Source: Rhizophagus irregularis
Lineage: Eukaryota
Length of the DNA stretch: 64,000 nt
NCBI RefSeq assembly: GCF_026210795.1
Contig: NC_089435.1
Span: 4,774,001-4,838,000 of the forward strand
Reading direction: 5' to 3'
Shown here: positions 1 to 12,560 of the stretch, in pieces
How positions within the stretch are numbered: position 1 is the stretch's first letter
Layout of the letters: the number at the start of each line of letters is the position of its first letter
Notes under the pieces: model-generated
What the model was told of the DNA's origin: nothing
Database searches by the model: none
What the model saw: the letters and a program-made list of their open reading frames with translations, nothing else
Program-made: the position numbers and the translations under genes

Positions 1-734
1 TATAATAAATTATTAATTCAACTTTTTACGTAGAATTGTAGAATTGCGAGTTCTCGTCAAAAAAAAAAAATCCATTCGGAATTTATGTAAACTCCCTCTA
101 AAAAAAACATTTACACGTGTGTAGTGTGTATTAAGAGTATTTTCTAATCTCGGTTAGCACTTTTGGAGATCCTTAGTACAAAAAAATGTAATCAAACTTT
201 AATTATTTTCCGACTTTAAAATTTGTAATTGAGATTATTTGCTAACGTGGCATTCGAATCATATTAATTTTTAATTTATTATTATAATTAAATAAAGCGA
301 AAAATTTTATTTGAAAAATGTATTACAGAAATTTTATAATAATTATTAAGGTAAATATAATTACAAAGAATTTCAGTTCGAGAATTATAAACAATCACTA
401 CTGAAATATTTATATAATTAAAAATAAACATTGCTAATTTAATTTAGAATCAATTATGGATATCTGTTATAAATCCTATTTGTTACTAATAAATAGAATT
501 ATTAACAAATATCTAACATATTTATGTTTATATTGTCTCAGATATTTCAGATCATTTGCATTTACTTTCATAAAATAAAATGCCATGATCATTAAAATAG
601 CCAACGGCTTTATTAATGCCACCACCATCCCGCAAATTAAATGTGCAATATACAAATATATCATATTACAAAATAAAAAAAGGAAAATGCAAATGCAAGT
701 GCAAAAAAAAAATACAATTATTTATTTCCATCCA

Positions 735-2687
735 TCATAGGATACCACTATCTCGCAATGCATTCTGCAAAATTGTCTCTTTTACGGCCGCAAAAACAAG
801 TCTAAAAAAAGTGTAAAGAAATTTAATATATAATTTAACTATTAGAGGGAGAAAACAAAAAAAAACCATTATAACTAACCGTATCTTTAAATAATAAAAT
901 TAGTAGAATTTATAAAAAAAAACTTTAGTATCATAAAATATAACAGTATAAAAACCACTTAATGACTTTTACTTACATTCGATGTATCAGTAGCCTGTGT
1001 GAGACTATCATAAATTTCAAATACAGATAAAAAGTCAAATATAACTAATTCCTGTACAATTAAATGATCAAATAATTGTGAAAATGTTACTCACTGTGGA
1101 TATATATTGAGTCGAGCTCGATTGGTTTGTGTGAATCGCCATAATATATACTTTGCGGCTTTATTTACATCAGCACCCCCTAAACAAGAGAGACTCATAA
1201 TTTAATAATAGAGAAACAGAATTAAATTATACGAAATAAATGAATTACCGGAATATTCGGGAAAATATTGTTCAAGAGGTACCCTCGGTAGTTTTGCTCT
1301 GAACAAGTCAATTTTGTTAAGAAATAAAATAATTGAAGTTCTCAAAAACCATCTACTATTAATAACTGATTCAAATAATATGAGACTTTCTGCCATACGA
1401 TTCTAATAGTGGAAATAAAAAAAAAAGAATTATATCAATAATTGTTAATAAATTAATAAATTCGTTAAAAAAATATAAATTTTATTTATAATAATAATAA
1501 CACCTGGCCTGATTCTTCTAACAAAACTTGGTCATATTCGCTTAATGCCACACAAAAGATAATTGATGTGACGGCTTCAAAACAATGAATCCATTTTTTT
1601 CGCTCTGATCTTTGGCCTCCTACATCAAACATACTAAATAAAGTATTCGTTCAATAATTAAGGAAAATATTGATAAGAAGTTGCTTCGCTCCACACATAT
1701 TATTTACTTTTTTTTAAAAAAAAAAACGTACTGTATGCTCAGTTGACCCATATTAAATCTTGTTTCTGATATTCCTGTAGTTTTGGTTCTTGCGCGCAAA
1801 ACATCCGCTTCAACTGGAATATAACCATGAGCTCCAATCCGCCTTACTTCAGCAAAAAAGCTATAATCGCACAATTATCAAAACAATTAAAAAATGTAAG
1901 TAAATGCCCAATTCTGATGAACTTATCTAATAGTTTCGTATAATCATATATAGCATATACTAACTAAGGTGCTGAATCCATCAAATAAAAATGGCTTTGT
2001 TGATCCAAAATTTCTGTTATTATTGGATCATGCCATACAGAATCAATTGCTTCAACTATTTCTTGACTTAGTTGAAACGCTGGGTCGGATTCAACATAAT
2101 AATCCAAAATTTTATCAGCAAAAGCCTAAAATAAAAAAAAAACAAATCAGTAATAATGTTGGATTTAACATGATACATTTTCTGACATTTATTTCATAAA
2201 TTACTCACTCTGTTTTCGGGCCTTCGAGGCTCTTTTCGAAATTTCTTCATTGCAAAAATAATGGCTTGTGCTGAGTCAATAAGGTTTTTATAAACTGTTA
2301 TCCGGTAAAGTGCCAATTCTTCTTTTGTATAACCGTTTTGATGTATTATTTTCATCTGTTTAACTATCGTTGACTTCCCCGATTCTCCTGACCCTGTAAA
2401 TGACAATGCGCAAGTAAATGCTACGGTTTGCCCCGAAAAAACCGACTGAGAAAACTAATTAACTAGTTGTTGCAACTTTCCTCTAACTCTTAATCAGTAG
2501 TTAGAAGAAAATTTATTTCTTTTGCTTGCGTCGAGTTTCCAACGAGGCAAGCAAAGATGAGTTATATACCTAGCAGGAGAATTTTACATTCTTTCTTGAA
2601 TCTCCGGCTATCCTCTTCAATCTGTTTATCAATTTGATAACTCCGTAACCGCGATTCTTTTTCTTCAGCAGATAAACATAAACCCAT
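735..2687 (-). CDS. Heterotrimeric G-protein alpha subunit, fungal group III (GNA-3/GanB/Gpa3-like), multi-exon
   Basis: ATG at 2687 gives [13 protein letters not shown]...[19 protein letters not shown] (myristoylation Gly2, P-loop), then [16 protein letters not shown] and FLNKID. The C-terminus [27 protein letters not shown] (stop 735-737) is typical of group III. Introns are GT-AG. Confidence 0.95.
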
Positions 2688-2912
2688 AATGTTTTATAAT
2701 AGAAAAATGAATGAAATATTTCCTTCCCACAAAGAGTATTTTCTGAATATTTTTGTAACCTAGTAAGTGATAAAAAAAATCATGTGTCTTTAAGTCATGA
2801 ATATTTTAATGCACATGATTTAATTTTAACTATCAGTTACGCCGATCTAATTTTTTAAAAATCTACTCTTTAAATAATCGTCAATACTTAGAATCGATTA
2901 ATATTTATTACT
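2688..2912. promoter_or_regulatory. Short divergent (bidirectional) promoter region between G-alpha and TOR
   Basis: 225 bp separate the two divergent start codons. It contains CATGTG/CACATG E-box-like hexamers at ~2781 and ~2812. Confidence 0.6.
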
Positions 2913-5900
2913 ATGGACGATATAATCAATCGACTTAAAAACAAGTAAGGCATATTTGTTCTATAATAGGGCATGATTAATTTGATCTAAATTGTTTAAA
3001 TCGCCTTTTACAGAGACAAGGCTGTTCAACAAAAAGCGGCTTTAGAGCTTCGACTTTTGGTAACCATATAATTTAGACTTTTATTTATTTATTTATTTAT
3101 CGAGCACGATTTTTGATAAATAAACATGTTTTTTTAAAATAGGTCGAAGGACAACCTAATTTATTAAATGAAGCCAATAAGCGAATTTTTGAATTGATGC
3201 AGGGAGATACTCCAGACAAAATTGGTGGCATTCTTGCAATTGGTATGTAAAAGTTTTTTGGTAATTAATCTGTTTAGTGACTTGAAAATTTTTCATGGAA
3301 CTATAATTATTTTCTTCCAGACTCGTTGATAAATAATAATATCGAAACGACAACTCTTTCCCGTTTTACGAATTACTTAAAAATGGTTCTTCCAAGCGGT
3401 GATCAACAAATAATGATTTTAGCATCTAAAGCATTAGGCAAGCTGGCTGCGCCAAGTGGTGCCGTAACAGCTATATTTGTGTCGCGAGAAGTAAATACAG
3501 CTTTGGAGTATTTGCAAGGTAGGAGACGGATCGATCGAATTTATATAACGCATATAATATTAAAATAATATTTATATAAGGTGACCGAAATGAATCGCGT
3601 CGGTATGCTGCTGCCCTTGTATTACGAGAATTAGCGCAAAACGCGCCAACTTTAATATATACTTATGTATCATCAATTTTGGACAATATATGGGTTGGAT
3701 TACGAGATCAAAAACAGATAATTCGAGAGGCTTCTGCAGAGACTTTAAGTGCATGTTTGAAAATTGTATATGAGCGTGAAAGTTCAATGAGGATTCAATG
3801 GTATACAAAAATATATGATGAAGCATCAAGAAATTTAAAGCCCGGTAATGCTGATCAAATTCATGGGGCATTATTAGCATATCGAGAATTATTACATCAT
3901 GCAAAATCGGTTCGTTACTTTTCTAAACTAATACTTCCCTTACAGTTAATTAAGTTTATTGATTTTTTTCCGCAAATTTTAATTACTAGTTTATGCATGA
4001 AAGGTATAAGAATGTGTGTGAAACTGTGCTTCGCTATAAAGATCATCGTGATGGTCTTATTCGGAGAACTGTGATTTCTTTAATACCGGTTCTTGCAGAA
4101 TTTGACAACAAGGAATTTGTCGCTACATATGTTCACAAATGCATGCTATATTTATTAGCACAACTCAAAAAAGAAAGAGACAGATCTATATGTACGTATG
4201 ATTTATTCAATAAAGATGTCCCTATTTTGGAATTTATAACTAAGTAATAATATTGTAAAATAGCTTTTATTGCTATAGGACAAGTGGCTATAGCCGTAGG
4301 TAGTAATATAGGTCCATATTTAGATGGCATATTAAGCAATATTAAGGAAGGGCTTACACCTAAAGCACGAAACCGCGGCGGTAACGAAGCTCCATTATTT
4401 CAATGTATTGGGATGTTGGCGCGTGCTGTTGGTCAGGCACTTACCATGCATATGCATGAACTGTTGGATTTAATGTTTGCATGTGGGTTAAGTGAACCAT
4501 TGCGACAAGCTTTAATGGAGCTGGCCGTATTTATTCCTCCTTTGTTACCGAATATTCAAGGTTTTATTCCAAATTTTATATTATTATGATTATATTCTTT
4601 CTATTCTTATTATTAAAATATAATTGCTTTACAATTAAATAGAACGTCTTCTGAATATGTTATCTACAATTCTTAGCGGACAAACATTTCGTGCCCCTGG
4701 ATCACCTGCATCCGAAGGACCTGACTTAAGACGTCACCTTAAAACTGATATATCAGAAATGAAAGATGTAGAGACGGTAACATTAGCTCTTAAGACACTC
4801 GGGAGTTTCAATTTTGAAGGCCACATTTTAAATGAGTTTGTAAGAGATTGTGTAGTTCGGTATCTTGAGCAAGATAACCATGGAGTACGAGAAGCAGCTG
4901 CATTGACTTGCTGTCAGTTATTTGCTCGAGATCCAATACTGGACCAAACTAGTAATCACGCTATTTTAGTAGTTAATGAAGTATTGGAAAAGCTTTTAAC
5001 AGTTGGTGTTGCAGATCCTGGTATTTAAAGAAAATTGATTATTTTGAATTAAGTAATATTTTTTTTATTGTTTTTTAATATTTCTTTGTTAATTCAGATC
5101 CGAATATTAGAGAGACTGTGTTGAAAAATCTCAATGAGAGATTTGATAAACACTTGGCACAAGCTGAAAATATTCGATCGTTGTTCCTTGCTTTGAATGA
5201 TGAAATTTTTACTATTCGAGAAATTACAATTACCATTATAGGTCGTCTTGCTTCCCATAATCCAGCATACGTAATGCCATCATTACGTAAAACGCTCATT
5301 CAGCTTCTTACGGAGCTAGAATATTCCAGCGTGAGGTGAGAATAAAAAATCATTATACATGCTTTTCTAATATTATTTATTTTATTGTAATCTGTTATAA
5401 TTATTTTTTTTCTTTATAGCCGTAATAAAGAAGAAAGTGCACGACTGTTGAGTCTTTTGGTCTCGGCTTCACAAAGGTTAATAAAACCTTATGTAGAATC
5501 GATATTAAAAGCCCTTTTACCGAGATCTCGTGATCCAAACCCTGCTGTAGCATCAAGTGTATTAGCTGCACTTGGTGAGTTAGCGCGTGTTGGAGGTGAA
5601 GATTTAACACCATATTTGGATAATTTGATGCCTTTGATAATTGATGCTCTCCAAGATCAAAGTTCAACTGTAAAACGAGACGCTGCACTTAAAACTTTGG
5701 GACAACTTACAAGCAACACCGGTTTTGTAATTGAGCCATATCAAAAATATCCTCAATTACTTTCTATTCTAATCAACATTTTAAAGACTGAACAGTCACC
5801 TTCCATCAGACGCGAAACTGTTAAATTAGTGGGAATTCTCGGAGCATTAGATCCTTATCGTCATAAGGTATTAATATATTTCCTATAATCAATTGTATTA

Positions 5901-8900
5901 ATTTATAAATACTTCTATACTTTATTAATCGACTTACATACTATTTAGATAACGATTGCTTCATCCGAAGATTCGTTATCGGATCCTAAAACAACAAATA
6001 CAGATGTGACACTTTTAATGATAGGTTTAGGGCCTTCTTCAGAAGATTACTATCCAACCGTAGTTATTAATGCATTAATGAAAATTCTTCGAGATTCTTC
6101 ATTAAATGCCCATCACACCGCTGTTATTGAAGCTGTAATGTATATTTTCAAAACATTAAGCTTGAAATGTGTTCCCTTCTTACCACAGGTAGGTTTTCAT
6201 TTATTTTTATAGTTCATGTTTATGTTTATATTAATAACATTTTAAAAAAAATTTTAATAGATTACACCTGCGTTCTTAGGAGTGATGCGTACGTGCCCCT
6301 CCGGCATGCTTGAATTCTATTTCCAGCAATTAGGTATCCTGGTTTCTATTGTTCAACAACACATCAGGAATTATCTTTCCGATATTTTTGCTTTGGTTGA
6401 GAATTTCTGGAATCCAAGTTCCACAATTCAGATAACAATTATTAACCTTGTTGAAGAAATTGCCAAGGCTCTTGATGGTGAATTTAAAAATCATTTGCCA
6501 GTGTTATTGCCTATAATGTTACAAATATTTGACCAAGATAAGAGTGAAAAGCGTCAGCCAACTCTTAAAGTATTGCATGCTCTTGTAGTATTTGGTACAA
6601 ATATTGAAGAATATATGCATCTTGTTATCCCTGTTGTTGTCAAGCTTTTTGAGAAGCCAGATGTACCACTTCAACTTCGCAAAGCAGCAGTTCAAACTAT
6701 TGGTTCAATGTCTAAAAAAGTTAATTTTTCGGATCATGCATCTAGAATAATTCATCCATTAGCTCGTGTGTTAGCACTTCCATATGGTGATTTGAGGATA
6801 GCTGCAATGGAAACGCTTTGCGCTCTTGTTTTTCAACTCGGATCGGACTATGCTATATTTATTCCAATGATAAATAAAGTAAAAAAAATATTTTCTTATA
6901 TTTTTAACACTTTTTTGCTTAAATTTTATTTAATTATCTAATTAAATTCTCGTATAAGGTAATTCTGAAACATCGTATACAAAATAATGATTATGAGATT
7001 CTAGTTTCGAAACTTCTTAAAGGAGAACCATTACCGCAAGAATTTGGAAGTGAAGAAAGGTATATTATGAAAATACACGGAATATAATTATTTTACATAT
7101 TTACATATATATTATTATTATTTCGGTAAAAGATTTAATGAATCAAGAGCAGAAGAAACGCCCGCAGCAGAAACAAATGCTAAAAAATTGCCAGTCAACC
7201 AGCAGCATTTGAAAAATGCATGGGAATGTTCTCAAAGATCTACTAAAGATGATTGGCATGAATGGATACGTAGATTAAGTGTGGAATTACTTAAAGAATC
7301 TCCATCACATGCTCTTAGAGCGTGTGCAAGTTTAGCTGGCGTTTATCATCAACTTGCGAGAGAATTATTTAATGCAGGATTCATATCTTGTTGGTCTGAA
7401 TTATACTACCAATATAAGGTAACCTAAAATCAACATTTTAATTTGTAATTAATTTATATCGCATTCGGTAGGTTTACTATTATTGATTGTCTTCAAACTT
7501 TTCTAGGATGAATTAGTAAGTTCTTTAATGTCTGCATTGAGAGCACCAAATATTCCTGCAGAAATTGTTTCGACCATTTTAAATTTGGCTGAATTTATGG
7601 AACATTATGATAAACCTCTTCCGATTGACATAAAAACACTCGGTAATCACGCAGAAAACTGTCATGCGTATGCTAAAGCCCTTCACTATAAGGAATTGGA
7701 ATTTATAAGTGAAGCGTCCACAGAAACAATTGAAAAATTGATTCAAATCAATAATCAACTACAATTACCAGATGCTGCCATAGGTATACTTACACATGCA
7801 CAACAGAATCCAAATTTACAGGATTTGCAATTAAAAGAAAATTGGTACGAAAAGTTGAATCGTTGGGAGGATGCTTTGACAGCATATGAGAAAAGGCGAA
7901 CTGATGATCCAAATGATTTTGAAGCAACTCTTGGTGTGATGCGTTGCTTACACTCACTGGGTAATTGGGATGGGCTTTCCGAACTTGTCCAAGAAAAATG
8001 GCCCGAATCGGATATTACAAATCGCAAGTCAATGGCTACTTTCGCAGCTGCTGGTGCATGGTCTTTAGGCCAGTGGAGTTTAATGGAGGATTACATTGAA
8101 AATATTAAGCCCGATAACTATTATAGACCATTCTATCAAGCTATTATTGCTTTACATAAGAACCAATATTCCGAGGCTGTTCGTCACATTGATAAAACTC
8201 GAGATTTATTAGACACAGAATTGACAGCTCTCGTTGGAGAAAGTTATAATCGAGCCTACAAGTAAGTACCAACAGACACGACATAATATGACTTTTTTGA
8301 TTAACATATATAATCACTTAATCTAATTTGTAATTTTCGTTAGTGTTGTAGTTCGTGTTCAAATGTTAGCGGAATTAGAAGAAATAATAACATACAAACA
8401 ATATGCAGATCAGCCTGATCGCCAGGCAACCATCCGAAAAACTTGGATGAAGAGGTAGATATGTTTATTTTAAGATAATTTTATTTAACGAGGACAAAAA
8501 AGCTCGTATTGGTAACGTTGAATTATTTTGTTAATGTTCATAAAATAAAATTATTGTAGACTTAAAGGGTGCCAACGTAACGTGGATGTTTGGCAACAAA
8601 TTCTCAAAGTTCGCACATTGGTAATTTCACCAAAGGAAAATATGGAAATGTGGATTAAATTTGCTAATTTATGCCGTAAGAGCGATCGTCTTGAGTTAGC
8701 GGAAAAAACATTAAGACAACTTTTAGTTGGCGATCAAAAATTGGAAGTTATTCATTCATCGGTAATTATATGTTAATTATATAAGAAATTTCATTTTTTT
8801 TTTTTGATTTTGTTCGCTATATTGTAATAATTTTTTGAGTATAGATTCTTGCGAGAGCTTCACCGCAAGTTGTCTACGCACACTTAAAATGGATGTGGGC

Positions 8901-11900
8901 TAGTGGAGTTCGTGAAGAAGCTTTAGGCTATTTACGTGATTTCACGACAAGAATGTCTAATGATCATCACCGAGTCGGCAACACTGGTTTACTCGCACGC
9001 TGTTGCCTTAAGAAAGGAGAATGGCAGAAAGTTTTACAGGATGATTGGGATAGAGTATGTTTAAAAATTGAACATTTTACTTAATTATTTACCTAATATC
9101 TGAATTGCAAAATTTTTAGGAAACTATTCCAGATATCTTGCAATCATATTTACTCGCAACACAATATGATAAAGAATGGTATAAAGCTTGGCATGCATGG
9201 GCTCTCGCAAATTTTGAGGTCATTTCTTTTTATGAGAAATCTAACTCTACCGAAAATAATACGCCGGCCGATCAAAATATTACAGTCACTGAAGAAGTTA
9301 ACGGGGATATTCATCAAGAAGTGTTACGTTATGTAGTACCATCTGTTCAAGGTATAAAATAATCGTTCAAATGTAATCATTTAAAGCCTTTCTGTGAATT
9401 TTTTTACTAAACTTTAGTTCATTTTTGTAGGTTTCTTTAAATCAATCGCTCTTTCAAGGGGTAATTGTTTGCAAGATACTTTGCGGTTGCTTACTCTTTG
9501 GTTCAAATATGGCTATCAAGAAGAAGTATGCAATGCTATTAAAGAAGGATTCAGTAATGTCAATATTGATACATGGCTTGAAGTTATTCCACAGGTTTGC
9601 TCATGCAATAAATGTTATCTTTTATTTATACCTTTATTTTAATAATAATATTTTTTCATAATCATATAAACAAATTCGGCAGCTTATTGCACGCATTCAC
9701 GCTCCAAATCAACAAGTGCGCCGTCTTATTCACGATTTGCTAGCCGAGGTCGGAAAGGAGCATCCTCAGGCTTTGATTTATCCTCTTACTGTCGCTTCGA
9801 AATCTCCGAGTTCTTATCGACAAACCGCTGCTGAATCAGTTATGGATAAACTACGTGCACATAGTGCTGTTCTCGTCGATCAGGTATTTATGTTATCATC
9901 ATTATTTGCATAATAATGCCATTCTCCATAACAATCAATGCCATCAAACTTCCTAGGCTTTACTCGTTAGTCAAGAACTTATTCGTGTTGCGATCCTATG
10001 GCATGAAATATGGATGGAAAATCTGGAAGAAGCCTCTCGTCTATTCTTTATTGAACGTAACTTCGAAGCTATGTTCAATATATTGGATGAATTGCAGGAA
10101 CGCCTTGATCGTGGTCCTGAAACTTTGCGAGAAGTAGCTTTTGTACAAGCATATGGAAGGGAACTTCAAGAAGCTGGTGGATGGTGTAAGAAATACAAGC
10201 AAACGGGAGATATGACTTTCTTATCTCAAGCCTGGCAAATATATCACGAGGTAAGAGATTTTTTTTATTTTTCCTTTATCTTCTAAATATTTATAACTTA
10301 TAATACTCATTTATAAACACAAAAATTAGATGTTTAAAAAAATAACTGCACAAGTGGGAACTATTACTACTCTTGAACTTCAATATGTTTCTCCGAAATT
10401 ACTAGCAGCGAGAGATTTAGAACTAGCAGTTCCAGGTTGTTTTATAATTTTTTATAACAATTTACAAAATTTTTTTATTTATAAATTTCCGAATTGTTCT
10501 TAGGTACATACAAAAGCGGAGAACCTGTAACCAAAATAGCAAGCTTTATATCTACAGTCAATATTATTTCTTCTAAACAGCGCCCTAGAAAACTAAATTT
10601 GATTGGTAATGATGGCAAAGAATATCAATTCTTGTTAAAAGGTAATAGTCGTGTTATTTATTTATAATTATCTACGAATAATTATTTTAATACTTTATTA
10701 TATTTAATAGGTCACGAAGATTTACGACAAGACGAACGTGTAATGCAATTATTCGGCTTGGTTAATACTCTCCTCTCCGTAGACTCTGAGACATTTAAGA
10801 GACATTTACACATACAAAGATATACTGTTACTCCTCTCACACCTAACATCGGTCTTTTAGGATGGGTACCAAATTGTGACACTCTTCACGCTCTAATTCG
10901 CGATTATCGTGAGAGCAAAAAAATCCTCCTTAATATAGAACATCGTTTAATGCTACAGGTATGTTAGTTAAGTTAGTTTGTTCAATTTTATTTTATTTTT
11001 ATAATACAAATTTATAACATCGTATGCAGATGGCACCCGATTATGATCAATGCACTATAATTGAAAAAGTGGAAGTGTTCGAATTTGCCCTAGCTAATAC
11101 AACAGGCCAAGATCTATATAAAGTTTTATGGCTTAAGAGTAAAAACTCTGAGGCATGGTTGGAGCGACGTACTAATTATACTCGATCCTTAGCACTAATG
11201 TCAATGGTTGGCTATATCCTTGGATTGGGAGATAGACATCCATCAAATATCATGCTTGATCGTTATACAGGGAAGATTGTGCATATTGATTTTGGTGATT
11301 GTTTCGAGGTACATTTTCAATAATAACATGTACATAACATACTGCTAAATGTGTTATTGTTATATTACTAAATCTTTTTCTATCATAGGTTGCGATGACT
11401 CGTGAAAAATATCCAGAAAAAATTCCATTCCGTTTAACGCGCATGTTAGTTAATGCAATGGAAGTAAGTGGTATAGAAGGGAATTTCCGTACTACATGTG
11501 AAGCCGTGATGAGTGTATTACGAAAGAACAAGGAAAGTTTAATGGCTGTTCTTGAGGCTTTCGTACATGATCCTTTAATAAATTGGAGAATTATGGCTAA
11601 TCCGAGTCCAAGACAAGGTGATCTTTGTTTACTTTATCTTTATTACTATTATAATTGAGTTACTTATTAATGCTATTATACTTTATAAGATGGCGAAAAC
11701 ATGCATGCAGTAGCAGGTTCAAGCAATCGTCGTGCCCGTGATATAATTAATCGTATTTCAAATAAGTTAACAGGTTAGGACTGGCCTAAAAGAATTTATA
11801 TCTTAAATAATTATAAATAGTAATTCTCATTAATAATTAATTGTAGGCAAAGATTTTAAACCGAATCAAGTATTAGATGTGCCTTCACAGGTTGAAAAAT

Positions 11901-12041
11901 TAATTCAACAAGCAATTTCAGTTGAGAATCTGTGTCAATGCTATATCGGATGGTAATATTAGGTCTTATATTCGTCTATTCAATTATTATATATACTTTG
12001 CTAACTTTTTAACAAAAATTTATAGGTGTGCCTTCTGGTAA
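2913..12041 (+). CDS. TOR: TOR (target of rapamycin) PIKK serine/threonine kinase, many exons
   Basis: HEAT-repeat exons; FAT domain ([23 protein letters not shown]); FRB (LEEASRLFF); kinase motifs [36 protein letters not shown] and [12 protein letters not shown] end [14 protein letters not shown] (TAA 12039-12041). The start at 2913 is the first plausible ATG followed by a GT-AG intron. Confidence 0.97.
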
Positions 12042-12560
12042 TTGAGGATTTACCATTGTGTTGGTGTACGAAATTTTAATTATCGATTACGCAAGAATGC
12101 CTACTTGGCTTAAGAAACATTAGAATTGTACAATATTATACACTAGAAATTTTGAAATTATGGATAATCGTTTATTATATTATTTATATATAATACGGAA
12201 ATTAATTTATTAATCACCCGCATATTACTAATCAAATATAATTAGTAACATTCACTATTTAATATCAGTGTAACATCTATACAATGTAGCGATCGCTGAC
12301 AAAGCGATCGAGAGAAGAATCAGTACTAGATAAATTTCTAAGCTATTGATTGTTCAAATAAATTAAGCTTCACATTTAACAATTTTCTTGTGATATTCCG
12401 AAATTTGCATTAAATTATGAATGTACTATTATTAGAAATTTTTTTTTATTCTTATGAAATACATTAATTTATAAAAAAAAATAGCATAGTATTCAAGAGA
12501 TACTAAAGTATTATCAATGGTTCTCTGATCTGAATTTAATAATTCTTTCGGCTTTGTTAC

